Assembly: GCF_009914755.1 (NCBI RefSeq) | Contig: NC_060926.1 | DNA length: 64,000 nt | Strand: one strand, 5' to 3' | DNA from: the human T2T-CHM13v2.0 reference genome, Homo sapiens | Part shown: positions 27,320 to 50,328 of the stretch, one piece after another | How the letters are laid out: each line of letters starts with the position of its first letter | Numbering within the stretch: position 1 is the first letter of the stretch | Program-made: the position numbers and the translations under genes | The notes under the pieces: model-generated | What the model was told of the DNA's origin: nothing | What the model saw: the letters and a program-made list of their open reading frames with translations, nothing else | Databases searched by the model: none

Positions 27320-29257
27320 TGTTTTACCTTTTCATAGTAGTCTCCTTTCTTTGAACTTGCCATCTAAAACAGCCTTTCATTCTCAGCTAACATCTTCCTC
27401 TCAATCGAAACATTTCCCTTCTAAGTTGACCTTTGAAATAGATCTGATGTATTATGTTTCTTAAACTGAACCAATGTGTAGAAATAAGGGGGTTGATGGG
27501 AATAAGGGATGAAAGAGAAGCAGAATCACGTGATTAGATTTTAAAAATACATATGTTCCCATACCACCTAAGGCATATAATACTGCAGGATGGGTATGTA
27601 TATTGTATTAGTCAGGACAGGTTGAGCTATGCTGTTAAAATAAATAAACCTCAAATCTCAGTGTCTTAACACAATAAAGGCTTACTTCTTTCTCATATCA
27701 TAGGCGTGGACTGTTCGCCAAGTTGTCCTCAAAGTACAGGCCTCTTTGCAGTCTCTGGCTCTACCACCTTCAACTCATAGTTTCAAGGAAGCCCTCAGCA
27801 TCCATGTGGCATGAGAGGGCGAGAGGGTGAGAGGGAGAGTGCATAGAAGGCACTCCCTCTTAACTATCTGAAACCGGAAGTGAAAAATCATTCCAAATCA
27901 TATTCTATTGAAAAGAACTATTCTTATGGCCCCACATAGATACAAGAAAGCTAAGAAACATTGTTTCACTGTGTGTCCAAGAAGAGGAAATATATATGGT
28001 GAAAACCTAGTCCATTTCTGCCATGGTCTGCCCTTCTGGTAACCAGAAGCTGTTTCACACTTCCATTCTTATATAGAACATTCTCACTCTCTCGTCAAGA
28101 GAAACATTCTAAAGTGACATCCAGTCATTGCATCCAGCTCAAGATCCAGCATCCAGTGATATGCTAGCTTTTCCATCAAATCTGGGGAAGATCCTCATGA
28201 TCTCACAAATTAAAATCTAAAAACACAAATTATCTTCTCTCTCACCATACCCAATTTATAATGGTGGTGCAGGGACAGGATAACTGCAATAAAATCACCC
28301 ATCGTGTACCTTCTGGTATGATGTTAAGAGAAGGGCTCTTCACCTCTGTGTTATTCTTCCTGAAACTCTATAATTCCAAGATAATCATGAGAAAACATCA
28401 GACAACTCCAAATTGAGGAACATTCTACTAAAATCTAACCATTAATCTTCAATAGTCAAAGTCATAAAAAACAATGGTACAGAAAAACAAATACTACACA
28501 ATCTCACTTATATGTAAAATTGTTAAGAAGTCATCCACCAAAAAACTATTAGAACAGATAAACAAATTCAGTAAAGTTGCAGGATACAAAATCAACATAC
28601 GGAAATCATTAGCATTTCTATACGCCAACAGCAAACAGCCTGAAAAGGAAATCAAGAAAATAACCCCATTTACTATAGCTACAAATAAAATTAAATACTT
28701 GGGAATTAACTTAACCAAAGAAGTGAAAGATCTCTACAACGAAACCTATAAAACATTGATGAAAAAAATTGAAGAGGACACAAAAAAAATGGAAGGATAT
28801 TCCATGTTAATGGATTGGAAGAATCAATATCATTAAAATGTCCATACATACTACCCAAAGTAATCAACAGATTCAATACAATTCCTATCAAAATACCAAT
28901 GGCATTCTTCACAGAAATAAAAAAAAAATCCTAAAATTTATATGAAACCACAAAAGACACAGAAGAGCCAAAGTCACCCTGAGCAAAACTAACAAAACTG
29001 GAGTAATCACATTACCTTACTTCACACTAGACTACAGAGCTATAGTAACCAAAACAGTAATGGTACTGGCATAAAAACAGACACACAGACCAATAGAACA
29101 CAATAGAGAACGCAGAAACAAATTCATACATCTACAGTGAACTCATTTTCAACAAAGGTGTCAAGAACATACACTGGGAAAAGGACAGTCTCTTCAATAA
29201 ATGTTGCCGGGAAAACTGGATATCCATATGCAGCAGAATGAAACTAGACTCCTATCA

Positions 29258-29581
<324 letters not shown>

Positions 29582-30038
29582 AAAATCAAATCAAAATGGA
29601 TGAAAGACTTCAATCTAAGACTTCAAACTATGAAACCTCTATAAGAAAACATTAGAGAAACTCTCCAGGACATCGTAGTGGGCAAATAATTTCTTGAGTA
29701 ATATCCTACAAGCACAGGCAATCAAAGCAAAAATGGACAAATGGGGTTATATCAAGTTAAAAAGCCTCTGCACAGAAAAGAAAATAATCAGTAGAGTGAA
29801 GAAACAATGCACAGGCGGAGAAAATATTTGCAAACTAACAATCCGACAAGGGATTAATAACCAGAATATATAAGGAGCTCAAACAACTCTATAAGAAAAA
29901 ATCTAATAATCCAATTTAAAATGGGCAAAATATTTGAAGAAACATTTCTCAGAAGAATACATATAAATGGCAAACAAGTATATGAAAAGGTGCTCAGCAT
30001 AACTGATCCTCAGAGAAATTCAGATCAAAACTGCAATG

Positions 30039-30166
30039 GGCCAGCACAGTGGTTCACGTCTGTAATCCCAGACAAGACTGGGAGGCAAAGGCAGGTGGAT
30101 TGCTTGAGCCCAGGAGTTTGTGAAAAACCTGGACAACATGGCAAGACCCCGTCTCTATTTTTTTAA
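30039..30166 (+). mobile_element. Alu left monomer (FLAM_C-like)
   Basis: TSD AAAA(C/T)TGCAATG. Confidence 0.85.
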
Positions 30167-30855
30167 AAAATTGCAATGAGATATCATCTCACCTCAGTTA
30201 AAATGGTTTTCATCCAAAAGTCAGGCAATAACAAATGCTAGCAAGAATGTGAAGAAAAGGGGATCCTTGTACATTGTTGATGGGAAAGTAAATTAGTACA
30301 ACCACAATGGAGAACAGTTTGGAGGTTCCTCAAAAAGCTAAAAATAGAACTACCATATGATCCAGCAATTCCACTGTTAGGTATATACTCAAAAGAAAGG
30401 AAATCAGTATATCAAAGAGATATCTGCACTCCCATGTTTATTGTAGCACGATTCACAACAGTCAAGATTTGGAAACAACCTGTGTCCATCAATAGGTGAA
30501 TGGAAGAAGAAAATGTGTTGCATATACACAATGGAGTACTATTCCGCCATAAAAAAGAATGAGATCCTGTCATTTGTGAATAGAGCTGTGGAGGTCATTA
30601 TATTAAGTGAAATAAGCCATGCACAGAAAGACAAACTTTGTTTTCACTCATTTGTGGGAGCTAAAAATCAAAACAATTGAACTCATGGAGATTGAGAATA
30701 GAATGAAGGTTACCAGAGACTGGAAAAGGTAGTGGGGGAGGTTGGGGGATGGGGGGATGTTTAACAGGTACAAACAAAAATAGAAAGAATGAATAAGATC
30801 TAGTATTTGAAAGCACCACAAGGTTGCTATAGTCAATAATTTAATTGTACATTTA

Positions 30856-31198
<343 letters not shown>

Positions 31199-31868
31199 CT
31201 AATAATTATTACACATTGTTTGCCTGCATCCAAATAGCTCACATATGCCATAAATATATACTATGTACCCATAAACATTAAATACTAAAAACAAAATTTT
31301 CAAGTGTTCCTTTGAAAATGAGGAGAACAACATTATAAGGTTACTTTTAAAACTGTATAAAAATAAATACCTACATACATACATTTTTAAAAAGTCAAAC
31401 TCAGAAGCAGAAAGTCAATGGGGATTACTAGAGACTGAGAAGAAAGGGATTGGGGAGGTATCAGGATGAAAAAGTTCAAGAGCTCTATTACACAACATGG
31501 GGGACTACAGTTAATAGCAATGTGTTAGGCACTTGAAAATTGATGAGAGTAGATGTTCAGTGTTCTCATTACCAAAAAACAAAAGTATGTGAGGTAATGA
31601 ATATGCTAATTAGCTTGATTTTGCCATTCCACAGTGTATAAAATTTTTGCCAATTTTTAAAACTCCATTTGAAAAAGGAAAGAATGAAAGATACACAACA
31701 ATCACTAGTTCATAGCAGTTGTGGAATCATCTGGGTAGACACCTATCTCTGCCCTGTGGAAGAAATTCCATTAAGCCCCTGTTTTTTGCCCCCTGGGAAG
31801 AATTTCCTCATTTTCTCTGGTCCCTGGATCAGCACTGTGAGAGATTCTCTCTTTTCTATTCTCCTGGC

Positions 31869-32119
<251 letters not shown>

Positions 32120-34124
32120 TAGCCTACTTCTCCTGCATGTGGACCTTTAGGAGCCTAAGGGTTCGTTTAAGTCTGAAACGCTCCAAGATTGGATTATGTG
32201 GCAATATAATTTTCTCAAAGAATGATATTTTGCAATAAACCCATGCCTTACGTTAATAAGAACCCAAAGTTCTTTCTCAAACCTGCCTTTCTTTTTACTC
32301 CTTCACTCATCATATCTCTTTCTCTGAAATAAATAAAAACAGGTTACCTTGAAGATATCAACCTTGAATGGAATAGCTATGTTCTTAACCTAATCTTTGC
32401 CTGTCGTTCAAGGACTTTGCCTCTGTCTTATTACCTACATTTGGGAGCCTAGAAGCCGTTGGATTTTTCCAACCTTTCAATGCCCCAAATTTTTACAGTC
32501 TCTTTATTTCTTTTATTTCTGGTTACACCAGCCAATTATCTCCTAACCTCATCCCTTTCTTGTAATACTTTCCCAAAATGCAGCAAATAGAAACCAACAT
32601 GCAATAACATTTTGGCTCTTTATAATCATTTCCCCCAGAGCTGCTGGCTCAGTAGGGCCATGGCCTACCTCCCAAGATATTACAGGAAGCAGTTTTACCA
32701 AATACTTTACCAGTCTATACCATAGATCTGCCATCTCTGCAGCCCCGAATACCAGTTTCCTCACTCTCCAGTATTCAACTATTAAGCCAATAACACATAT
32801 TTTAGGGTTACAGCAGCAATCCCCTTTAAATTCCTTACATAGACTAGGCTATGCTCTAGTGAAAATTAAAACTCCCAAATTTCAGTATCTTAAAAGTGTA
32901 TTTATTGTTCATGCCACAACCCAGTGAGGGGTAAGCAGCTCTCCTCTAAGTGATGGTTCAGTCTTCTTCCATGCTGGGCATCCCCCATTTTCAACAATGT
33001 GCCATCCAGTTGACAACAAGGGGAGAAAAAAATGAGAAGGCACATTCATAACTGTCTCAACTGGAAATGTCATCTCATTTCTGCTCACATTCTATTGGCA
33101 AGAATTAGTCATACTGCCACACATTGACTCAAAGGCCCTGGAAAATGTAGTTTACCTGTGGATCTAGGAAGAGGAAATGAATTTGGAAAGATTGATTCGG
33201 TCAGCCATACATAAAACCCCACTGTAACATAGTAAGTTGGGTACAAAATATTCCATAACATAAAATTTAGTATTACCTTGATCCAAGATTAAATAAATTA
33301 ACACAGTGAGTCTATCCAGCAATCCAATTCCAGGGCTCCAGTGGCACAATCTGAATCTGTCTAGGTCCCCGTTGCAGTTTGGCACTCCAGGTGGTGGTTT
33401 TCTTCTCCAAGTTAAATATGATGGGGATTTTGAGAACAAGGTGGGGTGGAGGACAGAAGTCAATTTTGTTATATCCAAATTCATGTTATCATAGACTATA
33501 CCGTCATGGACTTTTGCTATATTTTGAAAATGTGACCCACTTGATTCTAATGTAACATCACTTTCGTTATTGAGAGTCATGACTGAGGAGATTACATTTT
33601 CAAAGGTACAGACCTATTTTGGTATATATTCCAGTTACTATCACTACATAACAAACCGCCACAAAATTTCATAGCTTTAAAAATGTAGCATTTATTTTGC
33701 TCAGAAATCTAAAATTTGGAAAAAGCAATGCCCCATGAGCACAGTGTTCAGTTGGACCCACAGCATGTAAGAGCTTGTGGAGACTCATACGAAGTACAAG
33801 GTAAGTGTGTTACATCTATGACCGAGTAACAGGAGTGCTGAAACCCCCAAACTTTACATTCAAACCAAATCCTGCAATAAATGCAGAAAGAAGACAAAGA
33901 CATTCTAAGAAACACAAACAATCAAGAGATCCTACCATTTCCTTTCTTATTCATGTTACTTTCCTATATTAGCTAACCACTTATGCTGGAAACGAATAAC
34001 ATAGAAAGAAAGGGAAAGATAGGAAAGGCCATAATTTCTTTTCCTTTCTGTAACTTCCTTACTTATCAATAAATAACAAGTAGAAACTATGGGTAGAACG
34101 TGCACCTATTAAGAAATGAAATAA

Positions 34125-34391
34125 GGCCAGGTGCGGTGGTCATGCCTGTAATCCCAGTACTTAGGGAGGCCAAGGTGGGCGGATCACGAGGTCAGGAGTT
34201 CGAAACCAGCCTGACCAACATGGTGAAACTCCATCTCTACTAAAAATACAAAAATTAGCCAGGCACAGTGGTGCGCACCTGTTACCCCAGCTACTCAGGA
34301 GCCTGAGGCAGGAGAATCGCTTGAACCCAGGAGGCAAAGGTTGCAGTGAGCCGCAGCCTGGGCGACAGAGCAAGACTCTGTCTCAAAAAAA
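34125..34391 (+). mobile_element. AluSg-like SINE with a ~20-bp right-arm deletion
   Basis: GGATCACGAGGTCAGGAGTTCG; GTGAGCCG joined to CAGCCTGGG. Confidence 0.95.
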
Positions 34392-40509
<6,118 letters not shown>

Positions 40510-40523
40510 AAGAAATGAAATAA

Positions 40524-40829
40524 GGCCGGGCACGGTGGCTCATGCCTGTAATCCCAGCTCTTTGGGAGGCCAAGGAGGGCAGATCACTTAAGGTCAGGAG
40601 TTTGAGACCAGCCTGGACAACATGGTGAAACTCCATCTCCATAAAAATACAAAAATTAGCAAGGTGTGGTTGCGTGCACCTGTAATCTTAGCTGCTCAGG
40701 AGGCTGAGGCTGGAGAATCACTTGAACCCAGGAGGTGGAGGCTACAGTGAGCCAAGGCGAGATTGTGCCACTGCACTCCAGCCTGGGCAACAGAGCCAGA
40801 TTCCATCTCAAAAATAAAATTTCAAAAAA
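40524..40829 (+). mobile_element. Alu SINE (AluSx-like)
   Basis: TSD A(A/G)GAAATGAAATAA at 40510 and 40830. Confidence 0.96.
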
Positions 40830-42063
40830 AGGAAATGAAATAAGACAACTGAGTTTGTTTTGTGCATCATTTCCACTGTTCTAGTAAGAATAAAATGTGT
40901 ATCCATGTAGGAGCCACAAAAATAGGAACTATAGTTTTGGTGATTCCACATATTAGTTAAATGCTCTTATGTTTGCATGTAAAACAGGCATTATACAATA
41001 TCAAAATGAATAATAAAATACATGCTAATAATTTAAATTTTCAATTTTTCTTTACCTATAAAGATATTAAATAGCAAATTAAAACCATCATAAGAGGTCA
41101 ACAAAAAGACTGAAAGAAAGTAAAAAGACAGTTATATTTTTGTCCTTTAGTGATACTTTTTCCTACTTTTTGAATAACAATTCTGCATTTTCATTTTGAA
41201 CTGTGTCCCACAACTTCCACAGCTTGCCCTTACTGGTAATTGCCTATCTAACAACTGTCTCTCACTTTCTTCTTCCTAAGAGAACCTCATTTTTATTCAC
41301 TTTCCTTTTCCAAGGGACCATCTGCTTCAGGTGTGGTGATCTTTAGCCTCAGTTCCAGCCCCAGGCGATGTTTTCTCACTGGTGAAACCCAATTATCTGG
41401 TCCCTTCCCTACTGCTACCTAACCAGCATGACTTATCTCCCTTTCCCATTGCACTTTTATCCCAATAATATTTATCACCACTTTAGTCATTTGGTTCTTT
41501 TTTATCTCTTCCCATAGAATATAAGCTGTATGATTTTTACCTGTTTTGCCATCTGAGGTTTCCTAGCTCTAGTGACACATAATAGACATTCAATAAATAT
41601 ATGAAGAGTGAACAAATGAATTAATTCTTCTTGCCAATGCTTGGATTAGGACAAAAAGACATGAAGTGTGACATGGCTTCTGTGAAAGGTTTTAGTTACT
41701 GGTTTTAAAAAATGCAAGAAAAGTGACATTCACTCTGTTTCCACTGGATATTGTCATATCTCACTGAGGCCTGGATCTTCAGTAGCCTCTTACAACCACA
41801 AAGGGAGCAAACAGAAAAAAAAAGAGAGAGAGAGATCAAGTCAACATGCTGAAAATAGCAGAGTGGAAGATTAAAACAAAACTGGCCCTTGATAACATCT
41901 TTGAGTCACTGAATTAACTGACCCCGGAGCCACTCTATCTTGGGACTTCTTGTTATGTGAGGTAATACATTTCTTTACTGTTTCCAACTACCTTGAATAC
42001 TTACAGTTGAAAACATTCTGATACAACTATCCCTCTCCCTGTTGCATTTGAAAAGATTCTTCA

Positions 42064-43938
<1,875 letters not shown>

Positions 43939-43963
43939 ATGCCTGGGAGACAGAGCACTGTCT

Positions 43964-44006
<43 letters not shown>

Positions 44007-44784
44007 CAAACCAAGTCAGTTGTGGACTGCCACAACTGGTAGCTCCTTTAACCCTAATGGTAGCTCCTTTAACCCATCAAAGAATGAGGCTTCTTCTACC
44101 TGTCTTTGTTCAGCCACCCCTGGCTTGTTGTTCTTTGCAACATGCCCACAAGATTACTGCTGTATTTACAAACATCACATCCACAGTGCAATCAAGAGGG
44201 AGTAGGAAGAGTGAAGGGCAAACTTATATGTTAGTTGAGCCTATCCCTTGTTTTTAGGAAAATAACAGATTTCCTAGGTCTTGCACTCAGCAAACTTCTG
44301 TCTATATTTTTTCATTGCCAGACCTGGGACACATGGCCATCACTAGCTTCAAGGATGTCTACAGAGGTCAGCATTTTAAGCTACTATTGCCATCCCAGAC
44401 ACGGAATGGTTTCTCCCTCAGAGCCTCCAGAAGGAACCAAACTTGTTGGCACCTGGGTTTCAGACTTCTAGACTATGAAAAAGTAGATTTCTATTGTTTT
44501 AAGCCACTCATTTTGTAGTACTTGTCATGGCAGCCCTAGGATACAACCCAGAAGAAAAAGAGAGTGGGAGAAAGTACCAGGGCCATCTAGCTGGGGCTTG
44601 CTAGAGATGACAGCTAGGCCTTTGGGCAAGGTTGAATTATCTCGAAGGGAAAAATAAAAACTTTTTTTAAAGAAATGGGTTATTGATACACTGACCTTTG
44701 AGATCTTCCACACTGGCTTTCTTTTCTGTGTGAGCAAAGACTCAAAAGCACAAAAGAGGTTGGCATAGTGGAAGGGAGAGGAAT

Positions 44785-45118
44785 GCGTGTGTGTGTGTGT
44801 GTGTGTGCATGCGCCTGTGTGTATGCATGTGCCTGTGTGTGCATGTGCCTGTGTGTGTGCGTGTGTGTGCATGTGCCTGTGTGTGCGCGTGTGTGTGCAT
44901 GTGCCTGTGTGTGTGCATGTGCCTGTGTGTGTGCGTGTGTGTGCATGTGCCTGTGTGTGCGTGTGTGCATGTGCCTGTGTGTGTGTGCGTGTATGTGTGC
45001 ATGTGCCTGTGTGCGTGTGTGTGCATGTGCCTGTGTGTGTGTACGTGCCTGTGTGTGTGCACGCACGTGTGTGTGCATGTGCCAGTGTGTGTGCGCACGC
45101 GCGTGTGTGTGTGTATGT
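44785..45118. repeat. Compound (TG)n minisatellite with a recurring GTGCATGTGCCTGTGT unit
   Basis: Read directly from the sequence; explains the His/Thr- and Cys/Val-rich ORFs. Confidence 0.97.
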
Positions 45119-45384
45119 TTGGGACAGGTTTTTAGTAGGGTTGGTGCTACAGCATACACTTTTGAAGAGCAGGGAGGAACAGAAGAAATGAGACCAGAAA
45201 AGCAGGTCAAGGTGGGATCGGGGTTGCACCAGCCTGAGAGTGAGGAGTCAGCAGAGCCAGCAGAGGTGCAGTCAGGGAGTGGAGATGCAGGGGGCAGCCA
45301 TGACCCCTGTTGCTTGACTGAAAAAGCACTATTTGTTTAAGTCTGAAAAATTTCAAAGTAGAATACAAAGTAGTTCGGAGCTCT

Positions 45385-48075
45385 TTTTAAAAATTCAATG
45401 TAATATTTAAATACATAACACTTTCAAAAAATAATAAATAATAAATTCTCCTTCTTCTACCCCATTTCCCATCTATCCACTTGTACCATACAGTCCTCAC
45501 CGTTGCAGGTAAGCCACTACTATTAATTTCCTGTGTATCCTTCTGCATAAAAGAGCAAATGCAAATATACAATCTTATTTTTCTCCCATTTTATACAAAT
45601 AGAAAAATGTTATTTATGCACTCTTTCTTTGCTCAATTAACAATGTAACTTAGTGACATTTCCATATCTATGTAGAGTCTTGACATTCTTTTTTGTAGCT
45701 GCCAAAATACATTCCATTTGATAATATATTTCCAATCCTTTGTTCCTATGCCATTTCACATGGGTACAAGTAAACTTGTATTAAGTGTTTATTAGAAGTG
45801 AAATTTTCAGGAGCTCTTTATATATTTAGGAAAATTAATCCTTTCTGATATGACTTGCAACAATTTTTCCCAAGTATCATTTGTCTCTAAGCCTTACTTG
45901 TCGTGGAATTTGCTTGCATTTTCAAAAATAATTGAATTTATCAATCTTTTATGGCTTCTAGGTTTCTAGTCATAATAAAAAGTCATTCTCCACTCCAAAG
46001 TTACAAAGGACTTTCCTCAACTTTTTATTTTAGCATTTACTGGCTTTATTTTTTTTTAGCATCTAAATCTTTTGCCTGTGGATATCCAGTTTCCCCAACA
46101 CCATTAGTTGAAGAACTATTATTTCCCCCAGTTGAATTGTCTTGGCCTCTTTTTCAAAGGTCAATTGAGCATAAAAGTTAGGGTCAATTCTACCCAGCCA
46201 TCCCATTACTGGGCATCTACCCAAAGGATTATAAATCATGCTGTTATAAAGACACATGCACACGTATGTTCACTGCAGCACTATTCACAATAGCAAAGAC
46301 TTAGAACCAACCCAAATGTCCATCAATGATAGACAGGATTAAGAAAATGTGGCACATATACACCATGCAATACTATGCAGCCATAAAAAAGGATGAGTTC
46401 ATGTCCTTTATGGGGACATAGATGAAGCTAGAAACCATCATTCTCAGCAAACTATCGCAAGGACAAAAAACCAAACACCACATGTTCTCACTCATAGGTG
46501 GGAATTGAACAATGAGAACACTTGGACACAGGGTGGGGAACATCACACACTGGGGCCTGCCAGGGGGTGGGTGGAGGGGGGAGGGATAGCATTAGGAGAT
46601 ATACCTAATGTAAATGACGAGTTAATGGGTGCAGCACACCAACATGGCAGATGTATACATATGTAACAAACCTGCACGTTGTGCACATGTACCCTAGAAC
46701 TTAAAATAATAATAATAAAAAAATACGTGTTAACTTCACACCACAAAGCCTGGTATATATAGGGGTGGGATAGGGCATATTATTGTCTTTAAGTTTTCTA
46801 GTGTCAAATAAAAAAAAATGCCATTACTAATAAAATTCTCAGTGTCACATTCATTGCTAACAAAATTCTCAGTGTCACATAAGTTAAAAAAAAAGTTATG
46901 GTCAATTCTAAATTCTATTTCATTGATCTCAATGTCTATTTTTATAGCAGTACTGTCTTAATTACTACAGCTTTGTAGTAAGTTTTGAAATTGCAAGTGT
47001 GAGTACTCCAATTGTATCATTCTTCTCAAGATTGTTTTGGCTATTCTACGTTCCTTGCATTTCCACATGAATTTAAAGATCAGCTTGTCAATTTCTGGGA
47101 TTTTGATAGAGGTTGCACTGAATCCATAGATCAACTTAGGGAGTACTGATATTTTAATATATTGTCTTCCAATACATGAACATAGAATGTCTTTCCATTT
47201 ATTCAGATCTTTCATTTCTTTCAACAAAGTTTTGTAGTTTTTAGTAAACAAGTCTTACAATTCTTGTTAAAATTATTCCTAAGTATTTTATCCTTTTTGA
47301 TGCTATATAAAAGAAATTGTTCTTGAATTTCATTTTCAGATTGTTTGTTGCTAATGTATTGAAATGCAATTGATTTATTATATTGATCTTGCATCCTGCA
47401 ATGTTGCTGAAATTATTTATTGGTCCTAATAGGTCTTTAGTGGATTATTTTAGATTTTCTATAGACATGATCATGACATTTGCAATGTTATTACTTTTGT
47501 AAAGTAAAACTAGAGATAGTTTTACTTCTTCCTTTCCAGTCCAAATGTCTTTTCTTTTCCTTTTTTTTTTTTTTTTTTTTTTTTTTGCCTAATTAACCTT
47601 GGCTAGAACCTCTACTACAAAGTTAAATAGAAGTCATGAGAGTGGACATCTTTGTTTTGTTCCTGATCTTAGAGGGAAAGTAAGCACTCTCACTATTAAA
47701 TGTAGCATTAACTGTAGGTCTTTCATAGATGCCCTTTGACAAATTGGAAGAATTTCCCTTCTATCTGTAGTATTTTTATCTTGAGAGGTACTGGATTTTA
47801 TTGAATGCTCTTTCTGCATCTATTGAAATGATCATGTGATTTTGTCCTTTTTTTCTATTAATGTGATATATGACATTAATTGATTTTCAAACGTTAAGCC
47901 AATCTTGCTTTCGTGGGATAAATCCCTATTGATTATGGTGTAGAATTCTCTTTTGTTTGCTAGTATTTTGTTGAGGATTATGTTTGCATCTACATTCCTA
48001 ATGGATACTGACCTGTAGTTTTCTTCTCTTGTGATATCTTTGGCTTGGGTATCAGGATAATACTGGCCTCAGAGG
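45385..48075 (-). mobile_element. Old L1M (3' UTR and ORF2 fragments), interrupted by L1PA5
   Basis: Antisense ORF2 remnants (46958-47251 KNYKTLLKEMKDLNKWKDILCS; 47634-47819 FPLRSGTKQRCPLS). Confidence 0.8.
46193..46890 (+). mobile_element. 5'-truncated L1PA5-like insertion with a ~165-bp 3' transduction
   Basis: L1 3' end to ~46723, then unique sequence and an A-run; 20-bp TSD AAAAGTTA(G/T)GGTCAATTCTA at 46173-46192 and 46891-46910. Confidence 0.92.
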
Positions 48076-48257
48076 ATGGGCAAGGAAGTGTTTTTTTTTT
48101 TCATTTACTTTCAGGAACAGTTTGTGAATTGACTTCTAACAGGTCTGATATTAAGATTAGAATCCTCATTTGGCTTATGTTTGAATTGCCTGGTATGCTT
48201 TTGCACATTCTTTTATTTCTAACCATTTTGAAACCATTTATTTTAAAAGTGTTTGTT

Positions 48258-48709
48258 GGCGGGGCGTGGTGGCTTATGCCCATAATCCCAGTACATTGAG
48301 AGGCCAAGGTAGGCAGATTACTTGAGGCCAGGAGTTTGAGACCAGCCTGGCCAACAAGGCAAAACCCCATCTCTACTAATAATACAAAAATTAGGTTGGG
48401 CGTGGTGGCTCACGCCTGTAATCCCAACATTTTGGGAGGCCCAGGCAGGCAGATCACTAGAGCCCAGAAGTTCAAGACCAGCCTGGCCAACATGGCAAAA
48501 CCCCATCTCTACTAAAAATACAAAAGTTATTGTACTTTTTTTTTTTGTATTGTACTGGGCCTGGTGGCACAAGCCTGTAGTCCCAGCAACTCGGGAGGCT
48601 GAGGCAGGAGAATCACCTGATCCCAGGAGGTGAGGTTGCAGTGAGCCAAGACTGCGCCACTGTACTCCAGCCTGGACGACAGAGCGAGACTGTCTCAAAA
48701 AATAAAAAA

Positions 48710-48746
<37 letters not shown>
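48258..48746 (+). mobile_element. Three-armed Alu (left arm plus full Alu) with (TAAA)n tail
   Basis: A single TSD AAAAGTGTTT(G/C)TT at 48245 and 48747 encloses both parts. Confidence 0.9.
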
Positions 48747-48748
<2 letters not shown>

Positions 48749-49109
48749 AAGTGTTTCTTATAAGAATACAATTAGGTTTTGTTTTGTGATCCCAAATAAT
48801 AATTTTTTGTTAATGGTTAAGTAAAGGTTTAAAGCTATTTTGAGCAACTTGCACATCAACTCGATTTTGAACATTCACATTTGGCTTAGATTTTCCATAT
48901 AACATTGGATGTAACATAAAACACTGATTTCAGGAAAGAGGACAAAGATGAGCTCTTAGTGAACCATACATGCCTTTCTGCCATGAACCTGATTATGCCA
49001 CACAAATATGGAAATGGCCCTAGTGAAAACGGGCTGAGAAAACTTGCATAAAGAGTTGAACAAACTGTTGAGCTAAGTAGGAACAAAATAGGTGAAAGGG
49101 AAGAGTAGG

Positions 49110-49460
49110 CACATTTATATTTGTGGCAATCCTCCTATATGTCAGATGCTTCACCTCATGGACTCATTTAATGCTGCCAATAATCTTCCTAGGCAGTCAT
49201 CACTGTCCCTGTTTTACAGATGAGAAAATTAAGGTTTAGATAATTTTCTGATACTCAAAGTGTGGTCCTAGACCCCCCCAGCATCAGCATTATCTGAGAA
49301 CTTGTTAGAAATACAGAATCTCAGGCCTCACCCTGGACCTCCTGAATTAGAATCTGCATTCAACAAGATCCCCATGTTATTTGTATGTACAATAAATTTT
49401 AAGAATTACGAATGCATTTCCAAAGGCCACAAATATAAATAGAACCTGACTCCAAAGCCT
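49110..49460. mobile_element. MIR interrupted by a MER5-type hAT element (~49245-49410)
   Basis: TTTTACAGATGAGAAAATTAAGG (MIR); CTCAAAGTGTGGTCC..CAGCATCAGCAT..GAATCTGCATT (MER5). Confidence 0.7.
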
Positions 49461-49953
49461 ATGTTGTTTGTTCTGCAGCTGCTACAGAATCAAGTTACTT
49501 GACAGTCACAGATTAAACCCACAGCTAAAGTTAGCCAACTAGAGGGGTTTGTGTTGTCATATTGGGCCTCAGTGTTCTCATCTGTTCAATGTTTTAAACA
49601 TCTAAAAGAATAAATAAATTCTAAGACAATAAAAGTATGCCATGTTGAATACTGCTTGAAATTAAAAAGCCACCTTAAGCCCCAAATGTTTTGTTAGATA
49701 AGATTTGTATCTGTTGCAGTGAGTTCTAAGATTATTTCTGGGTGAGGCTAACAGTTTATACTCACTGTCTGTCCATGCACGCTTCTACATCCATTCAGAC
49801 TAGCAAGAGAATACTGTTGCACCAATTGCTAAACTTAAATGTGAATAACAGAGGAGAGTCTCTCGTATAATGTTACAGTAACTCTTCTAGTCCTGGGACC
49901 AGACCTTTACATTTGAATGAAAGTTCAAACAGATTCAATTAACACTGAGTTCA

Positions 49954-50328
<375 letters not shown>

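Noticed and set aside
44036-44075. Small tandem duplications (also ~1816-1870, ~8022-8080, ~52672-52715) and a short hairpin at 56297-56330
   Set aside because: Ordinary slippage-scale events with no further supporting signal.
44525-45340. Long His/Thr- and Cys/Val-rich ORFs
   Set aside because: Artefacts of the (TG)n minisatellite, which lacks stop codons.
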